From: Nitrososphaeria archaeon | GTDB lineage: Archaea; Thermoproteota; Nitrososphaeria; JACIWG01 | Assembly (NCBI GenBank): GCA_963752255.1 | Contig: CAVVXT010000019.1 | Span: 480,001-544,000, forward strand | Reading direction: 5' to 3' | Length of the DNA: 64,000 bases | In this document: positions 50,631 through 59,840 of the stretch, piece after piece | Numbering within the stretch: position 1 is the stretch's first letter | Layout: each line of letters starts with the position of its first letter | The notes under the pieces: generated by a model | What the model saw: the letters and a program-made list of their open reading frames with translations, nothing else | Database searches by the model: none | Told to the model about the DNA's origin: nothing | Program-made: the position numbers and the translations under genes

Positions 50631-51179
50631 TCATATTGAATTAGCATCATAATGATTCAATTTATTTTGGCAAGAAGGACATTTTTTTCTTCTGAAAATC
50701 CATATACCTACTTCAGGAGAGCAACTTAGACAATATGACCTTTTACATTTTTCACACCAATATAACTGATCTACAATATTCTTTTTACATAAACTACAAT
50801 TGGAGTATCCATCATAAAATTGCTTAGCTTTATCAATTAATCGATCCAAAAAGACCTTAGGATAAACCTTCCAACCTGGTTCATCCATTAGGTAGAATTG
50901 AATAACGTCAGTAGATTCCTGATGAAAATATGGCATAGTATTAAAATTTTCTTTGAACACTACTTTAGCTGCTTCACTTGCTGCTAATAGAAGGAATTTT
51001 TGATCTTGTCTGATCCCTTTAAGAAACGCGTAGAATCCTCCACCAGATTTCTCTATGAAATCGTAGTTTCCTCCACTTCGACCAATCGATGTTGCTCTAC
51101 CCTCTTTCCTAAGAAGCCCTATTCTTATATCATGTCGACCAATTTTAGTAGTGGTATCATAATCGACATCTGGCCACAT
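50631..51179 (-). CDS. hypothetical protein with C-terminal 8-Cys RING-like finger
   Basis: CSLC-x10-CEKC-x4-CLSC-x13-CPSC. Confidence 0.6.
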   Translation of the reverse strand: MWPDVDYDTTTKIGRHDIRIGLLRKEGRATSIGRSGGNYDFIEKSGGGFYAFLKGIRQDQKFLLLAASEAAKVVFKENFNTMPYFHQESTDVIQFYLMDEPGWKVYPKVFLDRLIDKAKQFYDGYSNCSLCKKNIVDQLYWCEKCKRSYCLSCSPEVGIWIFRRKKCPSCQNKLNHYDANSI

Positions 51180-51284
51180 AAAAAAATAATTGGTAGTACA
51201 TTCTATTTAACTTTTCAATATTTTGGAATATACAATCTTTTCTTAATGCAATTAAATTGATTTCCAAGGCGCTCTAAGAAGTAG

Positions 51285-51578
51285 TTACTTTAGTTCATTT
51301 TTTTCTATTGATCGTAACTTCCAATATGAAAGTAAGAAAAGAATCATATAAATTGCAAATGTTACCCAAAGCACGTATGGATAATCTTTTGCAAGATCAT
51401 ATGCCGCTGCAAACCCAAAGCTAATAGAGGCTATAAGGACAAAGTATAATCGATCTTTTATGATTCTGTATTTTCTGTCTTTTTCAAGAGAAGAAGTAAT
51501 TTTAACTATTTTTTCCTCTATTCCATTAAATCTTTTTTCTAAGCTCTCAAATTTTTCGTTTATCTGCTTGTCTTCCAT
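51285..51578 (-). CDS. coiled-coil plus 2-TM small membrane protein
   Basis: Heptad N-terminus followed by two hydrophobic helices. Confidence 0.6.
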   Translation of the reverse strand: MEDKQINEKFESLEKRFNGIEEKIVKITSSLEKDRKYRIIKDRLYFVLIASISFGFAAAYDLAKDYPYVLWVTFAIYMILFLLSYWKLRSIEKNELK

Positions 51579-51889
51579 AAAGAAATATTAGAGTGCTTTT
51601 ATAAAACCTTTGGAGAAAGAAATGTTTGACACTACGATCAAACCGTATTAATTTCAATTTAAACAAACGAGTAGTTGGGTAAGTATGAATGATATGTCAA
51701 GAACACACATGGTAAGATCAGTGTATCAAGAGCGTATATCAAAAAATTGTATCAATGGACGTAGGCTACTACAAATATAAAAGACAATTTTATTAACTTT
51801 ATATTTCTTTAAAAAAATTCTTCTCAGAATACAGAAATGTTAGAGTTAAGGCCTCAGCGCTGCAAGAAAAAATCGTGACCTCAGTCTAC

Positions 51890-52189
51890 TTAACCTATTC
51901 TTTTATTATATTTAGGATAGCGCCCATTTTTTCTATAATATCTTTTTAGTTCAGCTCGTTCTCTTTCTTCTGCTCTTTCTTTACTTCCTGTGTATTCTAC
52001 TCTATAATAAGAAATCCCTACCATTGGGTCAGAAGCGTCTGGGAAGTGTATCATAAGACGGGTATAAAGCTGTCCGTGACCTATATACAAAATATCGTCC
52101 TTATTTCCAAGTTCATAAACACCATAGTTGTCGCCTTCACGCTTCACATTTTCTTTCGTAAAATATGACCATCTAATAGCTAATGGCAT
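51890..52189 (-). CDS. stand-alone GIY-YIG nuclease domain protein
   Basis: GVYEL...LYIG, TRL, conserved E helix, PKYN. Confidence 0.7.
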   Translation of the reverse strand: MPLAIRWSYFTKENVKREGDNYGVYELGNKDDILYIGHGQLYTRLMIHFPDASDPMVGISYYRVEYTGSKERAEERERAELKRYYRKNGRYPKYNKRIG

Positions 52190-52286
52190 TATGTTCTATT
52201 AATAAAAATGCTATATAAAAATATTATAGACGATAATAAGTTTGGTCTAGACCGAAATTGCTCGCTTAACCAAAGCAGGTATTAAG

Positions 52287-52348
52287 ATGTTAAGTATTGT
52301 TGACATAATGTAATGCTTATATAACATTTTGTCATATACCTATAACGT
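52287..52348. promoter_or_regulatory. three tandem palindromic operators (ATGTNA-N8-TNACAT), 21-bp period
   Basis: 52287 ATGTTA..TGACAT; 52308 ATGTAA..TAACAT; 52329 TTGTCA..TAACGT. Confidence 0.65.
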
Positions 52349-52355
52349 TGATGGT

Positions 52356-52742
52356 ATGAACAGGAAGCAATTTGGACAATATGAGGCCATAATTGTAACG
52401 GCCATGGTGGCCGTAATTGGTGGCTCTGTGGCAATTGGTAATGCAGTATTTCCGTTAGTTGCAGTTATTGTTGGAATGACGGCCTTGTATTTAGCCGGAC
52501 GTAGAGTAAAAGAAGTGAAAGAAGATGAACGGACGTACAGAATAAGTGAAAAAGCATCGAGAATGGCGCTCCAGATCGTTATTTTAGCAACTACATTTAC
52601 CGGGGTACTTCTGATAGTATTGAGCAATAGTGGATACGCCGCCGTTGGACAAATCGGTACCTCATTGGCTTTTTCTGCCTCTGCTATATACATGCTGTAC
52701 TGGGTACTTTGCATATACTACGGTAAGAAATTCGGGGACTAG
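52356..52742 (+). CDS. DUF2178-like membrane protein
   Basis: VKEDERTYRISEKASR motif, 4 TM helices; ATG 52356 lies downstream of the operators. Confidence 0.8.
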   Translation: MNRKQFGQYEAIIVTAMVAVIGGSVAIGNAVFPLVAVIVGMTALYLAGRRVKEVKEDERTYRISEKASRMALQIVILATTFTGVLLIVLSNSGYAAVGQIGTSLAFSASAIYMLYWVLCIYYGKKFGD

Positions 52743-52948
52743 TGGTACAGATGAAGAATAAGCTTAAGGTGTATAGAGCGATGCATGATCTGACACAAGA
52801 GGGACTTGCGGAAAAGATGAGGGTAGTAAGACAAACGATACTTGCCATAGAAAAAGGACAATTTGATCCGTCGCTGGAACTTGCCTTCAAAATCGCAAGA
52901 TTCTTTGAAGTCAGAATTGAAGATATTTTTATCCCTGAACCAAGTTAA
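52742..52948 (+). CDS. XRE/Cro-family HTH regulator
   Basis: KNKLKVYRA..LTQEGLA..RQTILAIEKG..PSLELAFKIA. Confidence 0.9.
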   Translation: MVQMKNKLKVYRAMHDLTQEGLAEKMRVVRQTILAIEKGQFDPSLELAFKIARFFEVRIEDIFIPEPS

Positions 52949-53128
52949 TATTTAAGATATTTTCATCCCATCCCCGTGCATAAAAGCTAGAAATCATTTG
53001 AATCGAATAGACATCTACTATGAAGAATCTCAAAGGATAAAGAATCTTATTAGAGCTATGCTGGTTTGTTTCAGATTGTATACAACCAACCTCTGAGCGA
53101 TTATACGACTTTTACTGAAGTGTATGAT

Positions 53129-53653
53129 TTAACTGGAAATTCGACCTTGGACGAGAAGGTAGAACCCAAGAGCTATAAATGAATCATTGTATGGACCCTG
53201 CAGTATTACTCCCGCCTTCGGGTTGCTGTGGTTCGTGAAAACTACATCTGAGCCTCCTGTAGGACAATATTCTACACCTATCTGTTCTGAAGTTCCATCA
53301 GGAAAGCTGACCGTGATGTTATATATTGTACACCCTGAACTTGTAAAGTTGAGTGATACACTATAGAAAGTTACATTCCAGAACATAACAGATGTCCCAA
53401 CAGGCAAGTCTGACAGCCTCTTGTACTGAAAGTAGCCTATGCCAGAAAAATAAATGCTACCTACATCATGAACAGTCGGAACCGAAGCAGTAACGGTGAT
53501 ATTTTCCAAAAGAGAATTAGTAAACAAAGTAGTTGAACCTGAACTCTTTAACTGCTGAATTTGAAAAAAATCGTAGATAGACAGAGAACCAAAGACGAGA
53601 GTGAGCACTACAAATGTTGCTAATAATATATTTCTTGTCTTCGAAGATGACAT
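53129..53653 (-). CDS. membrane-anchored extracellular protein, tandem paralog of 53656-54234
   Basis: Shared MSSxKxRNxLL anchor, YKR, GTSVMF, FPDGT, SNPKAGVI. Confidence 0.75.
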   Translation of the reverse strand: MSSSKTRNILLATFVVLTLVFGSLSIYDFFQIQQLKSSGSTTLFTNSLLENITVTASVPTVHDVGSIYFSGIGYFQYKRLSDLPVGTSVMFWNVTFYSVSLNFTSSGCTIYNITVSFPDGTSEQIGVEYCPTGGSDVVFTNHSNPKAGVILQGPYNDSFIALGFYLLVQGRISS

Positions 53654-53655
53654 TA

Positions 53656-54234
53656 TTAGCTCCCCCCGCTGACCATAAGGTAGATTCCTTTTGAGATAGG
53701 ATGCGATAATGCCTTGTCATCTAATTGATACTCGCCTGGAGAAAATATTACCCCCGCCTTCGGGTTGCTGTACGTCGTGAAAGCTATAGAAGGATAAAAG
53801 GAAACACAAGTCCCAACATTAACCCTCTCAAAAGTTCCGTCTGGAAAAGTGACTCTGACGTAGTAGACTTCGCAGCCCGTAAGTGAAGTGTTGAGCGGCA
53901 TGCTGTAGAATGTGACGTTTCTAAACATGACTGAAGTCCCAGCTCCAAAGTCTGAAACCCTTTTGTACGCAAAAACTCCTTCGTACGGTCCATATCCAAA
54001 ACCAATTAGACCCTCATCCGGCACATTTGGCACCGTAGCAGTGACAGTTATAGTAGAGGTGGTGAATAGAGTTTCTGTGGTTTTGGTAATGGTAGAAGTG
54101 GTAGACGAGGTGTTTGAGCTTGTACTCCCCACCTGCTGAACTTGGAAGAACTCATAAGCGGATAGGGAACCGAATATTATCGTTAACACTACAAATGTCA
54201 CCAACAACACGTTCCTTGCCTTTATAGATGACAT
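53656..54234 (-). CDS. membrane-anchored extracellular protein with Thr stalk
   Basis: As above; operonic with the wHTH gene. Confidence 0.75.
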   Translation of the reverse strand: MSSIKARNVLLVTFVVLTIIFGSLSAYEFFQVQQVGSTSSNTSSTTSTITKTTETLFTTSTITVTATVPNVPDEGLIGFGYGPYEGVFAYKRVSDFGAGTSVMFRNVTFYSMPLNTSLTGCEVYYVRVTFPDGTFERVNVGTCVSFYPSIAFTTYSNPKAGVIFSPGEYQLDDKALSHPISKGIYLMVSGGS

Positions 54235-54238
54235 TATC

Positions 54239-54661
54239 TTACACCTTCTTCAACGCTCTAATCACTTCATACAGGGATGTTACAACCCCCACCAAGCACA
54301 CCACCAAAGCGAAACCATACGTGGACGTTATCTGAGACGGCCTCAGATAGGTCAACAGAATCAGGAATGCTACAGCGAAGAACGCCATGTACGCCGTCTG
54401 GAAGGGTATGAGCATCCTCCTCACCCTGACCATGTTCTCGAAAACAACCTTATCCACCACGTAGCCCTTGTCCTGCTCCCTGATGAGCCCGGCCTCGAGA
54501 AGCTTGCTGACGTGATATGATGCAACGGACGAAGAGCTGAAGCCAAGACCCTCCTGCACGCCACTAATCCCAACAGGCCTTCCCTCCTTAAATATGAAAC
54601 GGTAAACTCTAAGAGTTGTACCCCTCAAAAGTTTTGCTTCATCCTCTTCCTTCGCACCCAA
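54239..54661 (-). CDS. winged-HTH regulator with 2 C-terminal TM helices
   Basis: LRGTTLRVY, SSSSVASYHVSKLLEAGLI, hydrophobic tail. Confidence 0.8.
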   Translation of the reverse strand: MGAKEEDEAKLLRGTTLRVYRFIFKEGRPVGISGVQEGLGFSSSSVASYHVSKLLEAGLIREQDKGYVVDKVVFENMVRVRRMLIPFQTAYMAFFAVAFLILLTYLRPSQITSTYGFALVVCLVGVVTSLYEVIRALKKV

Positions 54662-54708
54662 CGGTCTTCAATTTAGCGATAAACGATAACGTATTAAGCC
54701 TTACTAAA

Positions 54709-54743
54709 TTCTAAAATTAGAAGAACACTTTCTAAAATTAGAA
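54709..54743. promoter_or_regulatory. two TTCTAAAATTAGAA palindromic boxes with 21-bp period in a divergent promoter
   Basis: Exact copies at 54709-54722 and 54730-54743. Confidence 0.75.
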
Positions 54744-54812
54744 AACAGCGCTTTCCAGTCTTTCTATTAATAGCGCTATATCCAGGTTCATGTGTACTGG
54801 CTGATGAGCACA

Positions 54813-55514
54813 ATGTCAGAGTATAAGAGGCAGATAGTTGTAGGAGTTTTCGTAGCTGCTGTAATAGCGTTGGTTCTGGCAGGTGGAGCAATCTACCTTC
54901 TTCCAATGCAGCCAACGCAGACGACTACCACAACATTTCCCACTTCTACAACTACAGCTACAGCTACGGCTTCTATGACCAGTACAGCTACAAGCACAGC
55001 TACAGCAACTACTACACAGTCAACTTCATCTGGTACGACGTCTACTACATCTATTACAACTATTGGTACGACTACACCTATTACAATAACTACAACAGCT
55101 ACTACAAGTGGTTCTACGACTATGACGACCGGACCTACTGTAACTGTTACTGTGACAGAAATAGTCGGTACTGCAACTGTGACCGTAACAACAACTCAAA
55201 CACAAGGTTTGACGACAACTGTGACAACAACCACTACAGTAACAAGTATAGGAAGACTTGAAATAACAAACGCTTACGCCAATAGTCCATCTCAAGTGGT
55301 TGTAAGCGTCAAAAACAGCGGTAGCACAGACCAGACCATTACAGACATACTCATAAACGGAAAACCCCTGTCAAGCGTGAACGGCGGCACTTCAAACCCA
55401 AGCCTACCTATCAAAGTGGCAGCGGGAACATCTCAAACCATCAATCTAAACTTTAGTTCTCCACTATCATCAAACACAATATATTTTGTAGCAATTCAAA
55501 CCAGCTCAAGCTGA
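54813..55514 (+). CDS. membrane-anchored Thr-rich surface protein with pilin-like/Ig-like head
   Basis: Paralog of 12356-12988; start MSEYKRQ at 54813. Confidence 0.78.
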   Translation: MSEYKRQIVVGVFVAAVIALVLAGGAIYLLPMQPTQTTTTTFPTSTTTATATASMTSTATSTATATTTQSTSSGTTSTTSITTIGTTTPITITTTATTSGSTTMTTGPTVTVTVTEIVGTATVTVTTTQTQGLTTTVTTTTTVTSIGRLEITNAYANSPSQVVVSVKNSGSTDQTITDILINGKPLSSVNGGTSNPSLPIKVAAGTSQTINLNFSSPLSSNTIYFVAIQTSSS

Positions 55515-55531
55515 TCTAAAGGTGTAGTGAT

Positions 55532-56242
55532 ATGATCAAACAATCGGTAGATAAATCCTCCTATAAGATAGCTTTTGTCGCCCTTATAGTTACGGCTGTA
55601 GTTGTTGGAAGTATCATCTACTCTAACCCAACATTATTCAGAAGCTCAACAAGCCCTCCAAATACAAATACAACCACAGCACAGTTCCATTCAAATACAA
55701 CTACTACCGCAGCACAGTTCTCTCGAACAATTTCTCTCACGACACCGTTCACGACATCGTTCCCATTTAACAACAACTTCTCCGAACAAGCTGGTGGTGT
55801 CTTGGTTTCGGTGTGGGTCGAAGAGCAGGGTATTTTACTTAATCTAACCTACACTCCGTCATTTAAGGTTGGCGGCATCTTCAAATATTTCGCTTCAATG
55901 ACAAATGTCAACAACTCGTCACATCTTTCACTGCTTGAATACTATGGCATGTTTAACATGACAATTTACAACGAAAAAGGTAACGCTGTATGGTGGGAGT
56001 GGTCTCCTTACGCTACAGGCCCCACAGGTCCTCCACCACCGAACTTCATCAAAGGTTATAGCTGGGCCCTCAGTGGTACGTGGGATACGGGCGAAAACCT
56101 GCCAAACCAACTAGGCCCAGGGAGCCCCCCTGCTAAACAAACCCCTGGTAATTATACCATCATTGTTGAAGGTGTTTACTACAACATCGACCTTAACGAG
56201 ATTGAACAGGTAGAGCTACAGGCTCCTCTAATAATTGCTTAG
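55532..56242 (+). CDS. membrane-anchored surface protein with Ig-like (BsuPI-like) domain
   Basis: TM, Thr stalk, FNMTIYNEKGNAVWW...TWD...PGNYTI. Confidence 0.65.
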   Translation: MIKQSVDKSSYKIAFVALIVTAVVVGSIIYSNPTLFRSSTSPPNTNTTTAQFHSNTTTTAAQFSRTISLTTPFTTSFPFNNNFSEQAGGVLVSVWVEEQGILLNLTYTPSFKVGGIFKYFASMTNVNNSSHLSLLEYYGMFNMTIYNEKGNAVWWEWSPYATGPTGPPPPNFIKGYSWALSGTWDTGENLPNQLGPGSPPAKQTPGNYTIIVEGVYYNIDLNEIEQVELQAPLIIA

Positions 56243-56262
56243 TGTGGTGTAGTGGTGATGCT

Positions 56263-58086
56263 GTGAGCTCAGCAGGTTTGAAGGCCAAGAATGTTGTAGG
56301 CTCTTACACTACAATAATCCTCACTGTAATAATAACTCTAGTAGTTTTAGTGATGGCCACCTTGTTAGTTTTGCCAAACATTGCAGGTACCACTCCAACA
56401 GCTACTTCAACGACAACTTCAACTTCTCCACCCACCACTACTTCGACAACTACTACAACTTCGCCACCTACCGAGTTCATCGGTCCAACGCTGACCAACG
56501 AAACCTCAGGGCTGAAACTGGAGGTTACACTTTCAAGTACCTCTGTGAATCCTAACGGTTACCTCGGGGTACGCTTCAATCTGACAGGGGCACAGGAAGT
56601 CAACGCCTCGTACGTGGAGTTGGACGTTTTTAATTCTCAAAACCAGCAGGTCAAAGGGTTAGCATATCGACTCGGGCACACGACTCAAACGCCTCAGCCT
56701 GGTCCTCAAGGACAGATGGGTACTCTCTACTGGCAAGCAAGTACAGATTCATATTTTAAAGTGGACGTTACGCCTGGAACATACACATTGATAATCGGAG
56801 TTACGTACGAAAACCTGACAATAAAGACGTCAATAAACGTGCTCGGCGGCACCACTTCGACAGTTTCCACAAGTCCGTCCAGCAGTTCAACAACAAATCG
56901 TTCCCTATCAGATTATGTCTGTGTTCGTGTCATTTCAGACTATGATGGAATACCGATTGAAGGGGTGGAGTTTCACTGCTCGCCTGCGACCGTCCAAAAC
57001 GGAACCACCACAGTGACTACAATACTTCTGGACGTGAAGACAAATTCCAGTGGATGGGTATGTGTCCACTGGACACATTCAGACGTTATGACACTTGAAA
57101 CCGAATATCAAGGGAAAGCGTATAATTTTAGTATTCCTATGTTCCTTGGAGATAACTATGCACTTTTCAGTGTCCCCTCAGGCAATGTTACAAAAACAAC
57201 ACGAACAACGACTGTGACTGGATGGGAAGACGCAGTAAGACTGATAATTTCAGAATCGGAAAACGTAGAAGTCAAACAATATACGATGAAAAAAGGAATA
57301 ACATTCAATCGAGGGGATGCGGCCTTCAGCCAAATACTTCACCTTCTAAACAACACAAAGGTCGTTCGCGAAACGCTTAAGACCAAGATAGTTAACAACA
57401 ACACAGTTTCAGTCACAATCCCATACGTATATGATTGGTTTCTCACCTTCAGGCTCAGGGACTCGACACTTATCAAACTCGACCTAGTTCAACTAAGTGA
57501 ATCTGAAGCCACGATCTGGTTTGAGACTGAAACAACAATCTATGAGGTTTCAGTAAGCCACGACCTGATGCCAGAATGGAATGCGATCATAGCAAGCGTC
57601 ACCTCGACAAACACCAAGACGAGCGTGCCTACCACGACCTGTATCATAGAAATAGATCCTATCCCGATCCCCAACTTGCGGAGTCTGAAGGGCAACTCCT
57701 CCGAGGTAGTTGTGGGAACAGTTGTAGAGAAGACGGATCTCAAGTTTTCGAATGGCGATCTGTCAACGGTCTTTAAGGTCTATGTAAACCAGACCGTCAA
57801 AGGAGATTTTAAAGAGGGTTCAATTATACTGGTTGGACAAACTGGCACCGAATTGTGCCCAGCCCGTCAAGATCCTCTGATGGAGGCAGGTGATCAGGTG
57901 GTCCTCTTTCTGGCAGAGTATCCTAACTCGACCATAAGGAGCATATTCGCCGCTCAACAAGGGAGATTTATAATTCAAGACAGTAAAGTAAGTTCTTTGA
58001 ACTTCATCTATCCAGATTCTTGGACCTTTATACAGGTGCATGATATTCAACTGGATACTTTTCTAGACATGATCAAAGGCGCATAA
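56263..58086 (+). CDS. multi-domain surface protein, about 4 beta-rich modules separated by Thr linkers
   Basis: N-terminal anchor similar to 11826-12338; GTG 56263 with GGTGA RBS. Confidence 0.7.
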   Translation: MSSAGLKAKNVVGSYTTIILTVIITLVVLVMATLLVLPNIAGTTPTATSTTTSTSPPTTTSTTTTTSPPTEFIGPTLTNETSGLKLEVTLSSTSVNPNGYLGVRFNLTGAQEVNASYVELDVFNSQNQQVKGLAYRLGHTTQTPQPGPQGQMGTLYWQASTDSYFKVDVTPGTYTLIIGVTYENLTIKTSINVLGGTTSTVSTSPSSSSTTNRSLSDYVCVRVISDYDGIPIEGVEFHCSPATVQNGTTTVTTILLDVKTNSSGWVCVHWTHSDVMTLETEYQGKAYNFSIPMFLGDNYALFSVPSGNVTKTTRTTTVTGWEDAVRLIISESENVEVKQYTMKKGITFNRGDAAFSQILHLLNNTKVVRETLKTKIVNNNTVSVTIPYVYDWFLTFRLRDSTLIKLDLVQLSESEATIWFETETTIYEVSVSHDLMPEWNAIIASVTSTNTKTSVPTTTCIIEIDPIPIPNLRSLKGNSSEVVVGTVVEKTDLKFSNGDLSTVFKVYVNQTVKGDFKEGSIILVGQTGTELCPARQDPLMEAGDQVVLFLAEYPNSTIRSIFAAQQGRFIIQDSKVSSLNFIYPDSWTFIQVHDIQLDTFLDMIKGA

Positions 58087-58253
58087 ATCTTTATTGATTT
58101 GATTTCGCCTAAACCAAGCGTCACAACGATCAGAAACTTGATTTTGCGACTTTGTTCATTTTTGCGGCTTATAGTTGTAGGAAAACTTGGTAAGTTAGGT
58201 TCTTTGGGGAGCCAGCCACGAATTCGATTTTCAAGGTATTTCTTAGGATTCAT
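58047..58253 (-). pseudogene. probably truncated membrane protein with LENRIRGWLPKEP N-terminal motif
   Basis: Recurrent archaeal N-terminal motif; reading overlaps the convergent gene. Confidence 0.4.
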
Positions 58254-58319
58254 GTAATTGAAGCCCAATTATTTACGATAATAATATGCAACAAAGTTTA
58301 CGTTGAAAGGATGTCTGAT

Positions 58320-58526
58320 TCAATCAGAACCCCAATCCGATTTCCAGATTTTTCGTACCACCGCGAACCAGAAAAGGAATACAATTCCTAAAACTGCAAC
58401 CATTACCCACCATGGTGTTCCAATGTATACATAGGATGCACCAGCCCAAATACTGAGAGCTATAAAGAGGATTGAAAGAACAGTTATTACAACAATCTTG
58501 GTAATATTTTTACTTTGATTTTCCAT
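58320..58526 (-). CDS. small 2-TM protein
   Basis: Two hydrophobic helices; ATG start. Confidence 0.55.
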   Translation of the reverse strand: MENQSKNITKIVVITVLSILFIALSIWAGASYVYIGTPWWVMVAVLGIVFLFWFAVVRKIWKSDWGSD

Positions 58527-58631
58527 CTATATCATCTATCCATCAATACTAACAGTTACCTAAAAAGGACTATTTTATTCCATCTTATGTTTAACATGGT
58601 TAGTTGAACCTAAAACAGAAGTCTAAATAAA

Positions 58632-58851
58632 ATGTCGTTGTCCCTCGCATGTTTCCACATTTGTTTCACGTACGTCCTTTCCTGGCTTGAGAGCGAATCT
58701 GTTGCTGCAGTTTCTGTCCAGGTGCTCACTTACTCCATGAGAATAATCTAAGGTTGGGAGCGTCAGTATTACCTGTATGCCCCTGCCTAGCTGCTAATAT
58801 CATGTCTGCAAAACTCCACATTACTTCATCGCCCATTCCGGCTAGAGGTGC
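58632..58851 (-). pseudogene. diverged inverted copy of the 3' end of the DndD/SMC-like gene
   Basis: Matches 49142-49360 with a 1-nt insertion and loss of the stop codon. Confidence 0.85.
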
Positions 58852-59186
58852 TCGTGCGTTGATGAGAGATGTAGTTCCCTCCCACAATGCATATGTAACG
58901 TGGCGTTTGCTCGGCGATAGACAATCTGACAGTCTCGTTGACTTACTATTCCTTCCGACTTGGGAATGTGCTTTACAACGGCTACTATCAATTCCGTGAG
59001 GGGAATTAGCCGCTCTCTCAACTTCCTTTCCAACTCAAGCTCAACTTTAAGGATATCATAATCCTTTCCAGTAGCAACAGATATTCGAAACTCCAAACGA
59101 TTCCAACCACTCGTCTCGAACTGTTGACTTCTGGTCAAGGATAGAGGAATTAAATAGCTTCGAACCGTAGAGCACCCTGAGAGGCA

Positions 59187-59687
59187 ATGTCCAGCTCAGC
59201 CGAGCTCTTTGAGAAGATCGCCCATCCTACGCGAATCAGGGTTCTGGAAGTTCTCGAGTCCACTCCCCTGAGCTTTGGAAAGCTGAAGAATGAGCTGGGA
59301 ATCTCCAGCAGCGGCAACTTGGACTACCACCTGAAGAAACTGGAAGGGTTGATTGTCCTCGATCCTGAAGGGAACTATCGGCTTTCCGATGAAGGGAAGG
59401 AAGCCTTGGTGGCGGTCCGAATCATAGAGTCAAGTGCAGCTGCTAGAGACCAAGCGGGTCAGAGGAAGACTGGGGTCGCCGACTCCATCTCCAACGTGTT
59501 CATCCTGATCTGGATGATATCTGCCTTCATTTCTTTCGGAGTGGTTTCATACCTTGCGCTTGGCCAGCCTCTTGGCTACTCCATAGGGCAGGGGTCTTTC
59601 ATTTCGTTGTTCATGGGAGCGTCCATGCTACTCATTAGGTGGATCGCCAGGAGGATGTCATCGCGGCGCAACGTTGGCAATCCTTGA
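59187..59687 (+). CDS. ArsR-type wHTH regulator with 2 C-terminal TM helices
   Basis: IAHPTRIRVL, SSSGNLDYHLKKL, YRLSDEG. Confidence 0.82.
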   Translation: MSSSAELFEKIAHPTRIRVLEVLESTPLSFGKLKNELGISSSGNLDYHLKKLEGLIVLDPEGNYRLSDEGKEALVAVRIIESSAAARDQAGQRKTGVADSISNVFILIWMISAFISFGVVSYLALGQPLGYSIGQGSFISLFMGASMLLIRWIARRMSSRRNVGNP

Positions 59688-59840
59688 GTTAACCTTCCGC
59701 ATCCCTCCATCGTCCCACTTTTTCCTGCATCGCAGTAGAGGATGCTCCATGTTCTGCACAGATGAACTCAGCTGACGCCCTGGTATTGTCCCAGATGAAG
59801 GAATAGTTCCCATCTAACTCGCTCCCCGAGTGCTGTCTGA

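Noticed and set aside
54915-55250. Repetitive acN-rich DNA as a CRISPR or satellite array
   Set aside because: In-frame Thr/Ser codons with no constant repeat-spacer structure; no CRISPR array or cas gene seen in the window
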